DNA from: an uncultured bacterium | GTDB taxonomy: Bacteria > Krumholzibacteriota > Krumholzibacteriia > LZORAL124-64-63 | Assembly (NCBI GenBank): GCA_963732385.1 | Contig: CAVSZB010000007.1 | Span: 704,001 to 768,000 of the forward strand | Length of the DNA stretch: 64,000 nt | Direction: 5' to 3' | In this document: piece after piece, positions 59,206 through 64,000 of the stretch | Layout of the letters: every line of letters begins with the position of its first letter | How positions within the stretch are numbered: position 1 is the first letter of the stretch | Notes under the pieces: generated by a model | Database searches by the model: none | What the model was told of the DNA's origin: nothing | Seen by the model: only the letters and a program-made list of their open reading frames with translations | Translations under genes and position numbers: made by a program

Positions 59206-60003
59206 CTAACGCATCGTTCTGGCACACCACCGGCGTCGCAGCAAGAGGTACAAGCGCCCACCGATAACTTTGACAACTTTCTTGCCTTCCCAAATGGCCC
59301 GCTGCCGCGCCCGCGCCAGTGTGCGATCATCAACGAGGCTTGCGACATCGTCAGCGCTCGTCGTACGACGAACAGCATATCGGCCCAAAACCGCACATTC
59401 CTCGATGATCATACTATGCACAACCGGCTCGGATGTGAAAAGCCAACGGATTCCTGCGCGGGACGCTGCCTCAGCTACCTCCGTCGAATAGTATCCGCCT
59501 GGCACAGATGCCGCCACTACACGCTCCTCCAGAATCTCACTCAGCCGAGCAACGCTTACTGACCACTCGCGCAGTAAATCGGATTTCGCAAGCCGAGACA
59601 TCCGCGCAGGATGAGAACACGAATGGGAACCAACAACATGCCCGGAACGCCGAAGGTTTCGGATCTGTTCCTCCTGCATGAACCCAGCGTGTCCGATGTA
59701 ATCCGTAGACACGAAGAAATGGCCTCGCCATCCGTAGCTAGAAAGCAATGGCGCAATGGTGCTCGCCGAACTTACACCACCGTCATCGAACGTCAGGAGA
59801 ACTGGCTCGCGCCGCCGATGCCAAGTGGACATGTCCTCGATGGTACGGCGCCGCTCCGACGCGACACTCTTTAGCCTAGTCAAATGCGCACAGAAGTCGC
59901 TACTCCTTAACTTGTACATATCGGCAGTTAACGTGCAGAAACCAGAGGCCTCTACGGATCCTTCCGACTCAACATCGTGATAGATAAGCCCGAACGCTTT
60001 CAT
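59206..60003 (-). CDS. Polysaccharide deacetylase (NodB/CE4-like)
   Basis: LIYHDV, LLTFDDG, GSHSCSH, SVPGG; ATGA overlap with the upstream gene. Confidence 0.88.
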   Translation of the reverse strand: MKAFGLIYHDVESEGSVEASGFCTLTADMYKLRSSDFCAHLTRLKSVASERRRTIEDMSTWHRRREPVLLTFDDGGVSSASTIAPLLSSYGWRGHFFVSTDYIGHAGFMQEEQIRNLRRSGHVVGSHSCSHPARMSRLAKSDLLREWSVSVARLSEILEERVVAASVPGGYYSTEVAEAASRAGIRWLFTSEPVVHSMIIEECAVLGRYAVRRTTSADDVASLVDDRTLARARQRAIWEGKKVVKVIGGRLYLLLRRRWCARTMR

Positions 60004-60788
60004 CCCATTCTCCGCCTGGCACGCCACCGATACGCCCAATAGACGCTCAGCCAAGGCTGCCCCCATGTCGCCGAATCAACGTTGCCGGGATCTATCGGCT
60101 GAGCCGTGCCTGCGTGAATTTCCTGCAACCGCTCGCGCAGCCTGTCCAGATTAGCAAAGACAACGCGCTGCTGGATCCTGAAGGGCGACTCAACGCGCTC
60201 ATCATAGTCATACGAATAGTAACCATAGATTGGCCCCGTATCTATACCCGAATCGACCCGCAAAAGTGTCATGCCTACATGCGCGCGATCGCCGCGTGCC
60301 AGCGCCCAAAAGCATCCATGGGCATTCCGATACTGAGGGCAAATACCAGGATGGAAAACATACGATCCGTAACGCGGCAAGGAGAAGATTCTTGGCGCCA
60401 GCAACTGTTTGCACCGCAGAATCAAGATGTCCGGCGAGCAGCCGCGGATAAATTCTTCGGCTACGCTGCTGTTGATATTCGCGCATCGTAAAATCGGCAC
60501 GTCGGCCGGCGCTGCCGCAAAACGTCTTTTCAGCCGCTCAAGCTCGCTAGCCACCCACATGCGATCGCGTTTTGCAAATAGCAGCCGTTCCCACAGCCGA
60601 TAGGCTAGCACATCGGCCATCCGGAGCAATCCGATGCGTCGCACTTCTCGCATAATCCGCTTCCAGCGCCGCCCACTACCCTCTTCGAGAATAACCACAC
60701 CGCTAAGCTCCGAGAACGACGCCAGCCACCGCGATAGACCGACCTCATTGAGCGGTGTGTTAGAATGGCAGACGAGAAGTGACTTCAT
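60000..60788 (-). CDS. Formyltransferase-family protein
   Basis: NINS...PDILIL, HPGICPQYRNAHGCFWAL, GMTLLRVDSGIDTGPI; TGATG overlap. Confidence 0.85.
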   Translation of the reverse strand: MKSLLVCHSNTPLNEVGLSRWLASFSELSGVVILEEGSGRRWKRIMREVRRIGLLRMADVLAYRLWERLLFAKRDRMWVASELERLKRRFAAAPADVPILRCANINSSVAEEFIRGCSPDILILRCKQLLAPRIFSLPRYGSYVFHPGICPQYRNAHGCFWALARGDRAHVGMTLLRVDSGIDTGPIYGYYSYDYDERVESPFRIQQRVVFANLDRLRERLQEIHAGTAQPIDPGNVDSATWGQPWLSVYWAYRWRARRRMG

Positions 60789-62060
60789 CACATGCAGCCC
60801 CAATGGCTGCGCTTGCCGCCCCTGCAAGAAACAGCCCGATAGTCCGCAATATGAGCTTTAACCAATTCGACCAACCGCGCCGCATTGCGCCGGCTGTCGA
60901 AGTCGGCCATGACACGCTGCCTCGCCCGGCTGCCAATCTCCTCAGAATTTATCCTGCCTGTAAGCACCGACTCCATGGCAGTCGCCAACGCGCCCGCATC
61001 CCCCTCGGCGACAAGAATGCCCGATATATTCGCCGTAACGTAATTCCGGCATCCCAGATATCGGAGTGGTAATCACTAATGTCTCCATGGCCATGGCCTC
61101 CATAAGAGAGACAGGAATTCCGTCGCGGTCTCCATCGGCAGCATGAACGCACGGAAGCACGAACGCTGAGGCCGCGCCAAGCAGTGAACGCACCTGCGCC
61201 GGAGGCCGGGGGCCAATAAGCCGCAAGCGCCCTTCCAGATGCCGACTCTCTATGAAGGCTTCCAGTTCTGCACGCTGTGGCCCCTCGCCAACAATCACAC
61301 ATTCAGCACGAATGCCCTTATCCGAAAGCATACCGATGGCTTCTGCCAGTATTAGAAATCCCTTCTTCGGCACCAAGCGACCAATTGCAATGAATGGGCC
61401 TCCGCCAGCTCCAGACGGCACAAACTCCTCAGTGTCGACACCGCAATGCACTACTGTCACCTTTGCTGCACATATATCAGATAGCTGGTCCTGGTAGTAT
61501 TCGTGATTGCGCCGAGATATCGTCAGCACAAACTCACTAGCGGATGTCAATGTCTCAAGACTGTCACGGTCACGCTGATAGAGATCGAAGGCATGAGATG
61601 TGTAGCTAAATCCGACACCGACAAGAGCAGCCACAAAACGTGCAGCCGCAGCCGGGATATTGGCGAAATGCGCATGTACATGTTCCGCGCCCCACGCGTC
61701 TGCATCGCCCGCAATCCCGCAGAGCATAGGTATAATGCTGATCCCCTTAATGCGCGATCGCATGCCACGCGGACAACTGCCCAAATATCCGCGAACTGCC
61801 GCTCCGAAATCCACTGGCCGCGCACAAGCGACGCGCAACATAGCCCATACATTGCCCATTGCATATCCGCGCCCGAAACGAAGCACTTTCTGCGACACGC
61901 CCCCATCATCCAAGTTGTCGATCACCCAAGCTGTATCCTGCGGCCCGCGTAGGGGATAGACGCGGATATCTATTCCCGCAGCAATATGCGCCTGCAACTC
62001 CACTTTAATAAACGTTTCAGTAAGAACTGGGTAACGGGACAGAACATACGCAAGCTTCAT
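60788..62060 (-). pseudogene. GT4 glycosyltransferase (WcaL-like), frameshifted near the C-terminus (real or assembly error)
   Basis: YPVLTETFI, HVHAHFA, GRLVPKKG, DRDGIPVSLMEAMA; after GMPEL an extra base (about 61040) puts VTANISGILVAEGDAGALA in another frame. Confidence 0.85.
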
Positions 62061-63184
62061 CGCACGGCCCTCGACATTGTCGCTTCAATGCGCTGCAAAA
62101 TATTCCGTGCATTGTCCTCCCACGAGTGAGACCCGGCTGAACGCCTCCCTGCCTCGCCGATCCGATCACGCGTCTCTCGCGATACGGCAAGACTCAGACA
62201 TGCATCCGCCAGCGCAGACACATCGCCGGGCGGCACAAGCACTCCGTTTTCCCCGTGCCGCAGAATATCCGCGATCTGACCAATGCGCGAAGCCACAATG
62301 GCTCGTCCGCTTGCCAAGTACTCGAAAAGCTTCAGAGGCGAAAAGTAGAAGGGATCAATCGCAGGATATGGCGCAAGCAACACATCCATGCGCCCCAAGA
62401 ATTCCGGCACCTCTTGAGGCGTAAGTGAGCCACGCCACAGAATGCGCTCTCCCCAGCCTCCATCCCGAAGATATTTCCGAAGCCATTGCTCCCGAGGTCC
62501 TGCGCCAGCAATCTCCAAGCACACGCACTCATTTTGAGCCAGAACACGCTCGAACGCCTGCAAAAGAATGTCCAAGCCGTGCCAGACCTGCAGCGAGCCA
62601 AGAAAGCCAAAGCGTATCTTGCCATCAGCCGGTCTCCGCGCGACAGTAAAGCGGGCGAGATCGACGCCGTTTGGCACCACAACCACCCGTTCGCCATCCG
62701 TGCCTTGCGCGACAAGAATAGATTTCAATTGCTCGGACACCACGAATATTGCCCGCGCGTCCCGCCTATTCCGCGCTTCAATACTTTTTCCGATCGCAGT
62801 CAACCGGCCCCCATGATATTGGACGTGTTCCTCCGGGAAAGGCGCGTTAACTTCATAATACAGTGGCACATCCAAGTAAGCTGCGACATCCCGCCCGTAT
62901 CTCATGAAGGGCGCTCCTCGAAAATAGACCACATCCGGCCTCCATTCGCAGGCGGCGGCCACAGCCACCCTCGAGTATGACCGATTGCGCGTTACGTATA
63001 CCAAGTCTTTCAGGATCTGCGGCACATTCAACCGAACGTGCCGCCCACTCACATGAATCGACTCAACCGCCTGTCCCACCACACGCACGCTCGCACCCAG
63101 ACTATTCGCAGCGCGGCAGAACTCACCCAGGTGTACGTTAGCACCCGACCCCCTGGATATGGAGTGAAGCACCATGATTCTCAT
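62057..63184 (-). CDS. GT4 glycosyltransferase
   Basis: VVPNGVD, GFLGSLQVWHG, SPLKLFEYLASG, GVLVPPGD. Confidence 0.93.
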   Translation of the reverse strand: MRIMVLHSISRGSGANVHLGEFCRAANSLGASVRVVGQAVESIHVSGRHVRLNVPQILKDLVYVTRNRSYSRVAVAAACEWRPDVVYFRGAPFMRYGRDVAAYLDVPLYYEVNAPFPEEHVQYHGGRLTAIGKSIEARNRRDARAIFVVSEQLKSILVAQGTDGERVVVVPNGVDLARFTVARRPADGKIRFGFLGSLQVWHGLDILLQAFERVLAQNECVCLEIAGAGPREQWLRKYLRDGGWGERILWRGSLTPQEVPEFLGRMDVLLAPYPAIDPFYFSPLKLFEYLASGRAIVASRIGQIADILRHGENGVLVPPGDVSALADACLSLAVSRETRDRIGEAGRRSAGSHSWEDNARNILQRIEATMSRAVR

Positions 63185-64000
63185 GACTGCAGTTCCAAAG
63201 TGAACGCAATCGCATCGCTTGGGCCACGCGCATCAACATAAACAGGGCGCACCAAACCACCGGGCCCGCGGAATATTTCGCCATACCGCAGACCCTCATT
63301 CAACCCCTCGGTAAAGACAAGACGGGCAAGAGGGCGATCGTCCACTCCGGTTATCGTGTAAACAGTCCCATCCGAATGGTACAGCCTGCAGGAGTCAGGA
63401 AGGGCCCAGTTGAATATTCGCCGGACACAAAAGTCTCCGGAAGCTACCAGGCTATCGCGAAACGCCAGAGTGCCCGAACCGACATCAATCTGTCGAACAA
63501 TGCGACATTGGCTCTTTGCGATTGAAATTCCCAGGCGCGATCCCACTAGCGTCATCCGCCCGGATGCGAAATGAGGTAGCGAGGCGCCGTTATTCCAAAC
63601 AGCAAGCGGCGAAAAGACGTTTTCCAAAAGCCGATCGGAGCCATATCGGCTGCCGTAACGGCTGCGGTGCGGACCACCGGGCGCCGAGAACACGTACCAC
63701 GCCGCCCGCCCAGATGGCACAATGTAACACCAGTATCCGCGAGATATGTCGGCTCTCCTGCAGCTATCGCCAATGTCCAATCACCTCGATGCGCAATGTA
63801 CATCCCGGAGTCTTCAAAATATCGCTCATTGGATACGTGAGGTGAACCGATCGGGCTGTCCGTCCCACGCACGTGTTGTGCGTGACTTACGGCGAGGGCA
63901 CGCCATGCAAGGTCGAATGCGTTGTACACAACAAGATAATGATAATCGTAGTGCGCACCCATGCGCTTTCCCTGTGGATCCGTTCGCACGAGAGCCAGCA
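63181..64000 (-). CDS. Hypothetical polysaccharide-locus protein, partial, probably frameshifted near 63700
   Basis: ORF 63552-63989 looks protein-like up to TGVTLCHL and ORF 63181-63780 from about YVFSAPGG; ATGA overlap with the next GT. Confidence 0.5.

Noticed and set aside
1..64000. CRISPR arrays, tRNA/rRNA genes, transposases, prophage or defence genes
   Set aside because: None recognised by eye; intergenic gaps are short and largely explained. A tRNA and Rfam scan would confirm.

Overview
A high-GC, Gram-negative bacterial chromosome segment. The gene content (PorV-like barrels, a protein with a T9SS-type C-terminal domain, GWxTD proteins) suggests a non-Bacteroidota FCB-superphylum lineage, but this is an inference. 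Left to right: (1) 1-15.9 kb, a minus-strand envelope cluster: TonB-dependent receptor, large Cys/Asp-rich protein with a T9SS-like CTD, PorV/PorQ-type barrel, GWxTD protein, exbB, two exbD, tonB, tolC, orphan ABC ATPase, second GWxTD protein and a truncated outer-membrane protein. This is the best candidate for an undescribed system. (2) oppBCDF without oppA, divergent from a lipoprotein + beta-barrel pair. (3) gcvT-H-PA-PB with a lipoate/octanoyl transferase, then uvrA. (4) An SPFH gene and three paralogous Zn-ribbon genes behind a consensus sigma-54 promoter. (5) Cyclophilin, cysteine desulfurase-like enzyme, MotB/OmpA lipoprotein, ktrAB and a Na/Pi cotransporter with an N-terminal extension. 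(6) TPR/Zn-finger membrane protein + DUF4388 protein, aminotransferase, and rpsO-pnp-M16 peptidase. (7) From 53 kb, the distal end of a surface-polysaccharide locus (capD-like, cysC, RHH protein, priming transferase, glycosyltransferases, methyltransferase, deacetylase, formyltransferase); its lower-GC part carries three clear and one probable frameshift. No rRNA, tRNA, CRISPR array or transposase was recognised. All calls come from reading motifs by eye; no searches were run and several start codons are estimates.
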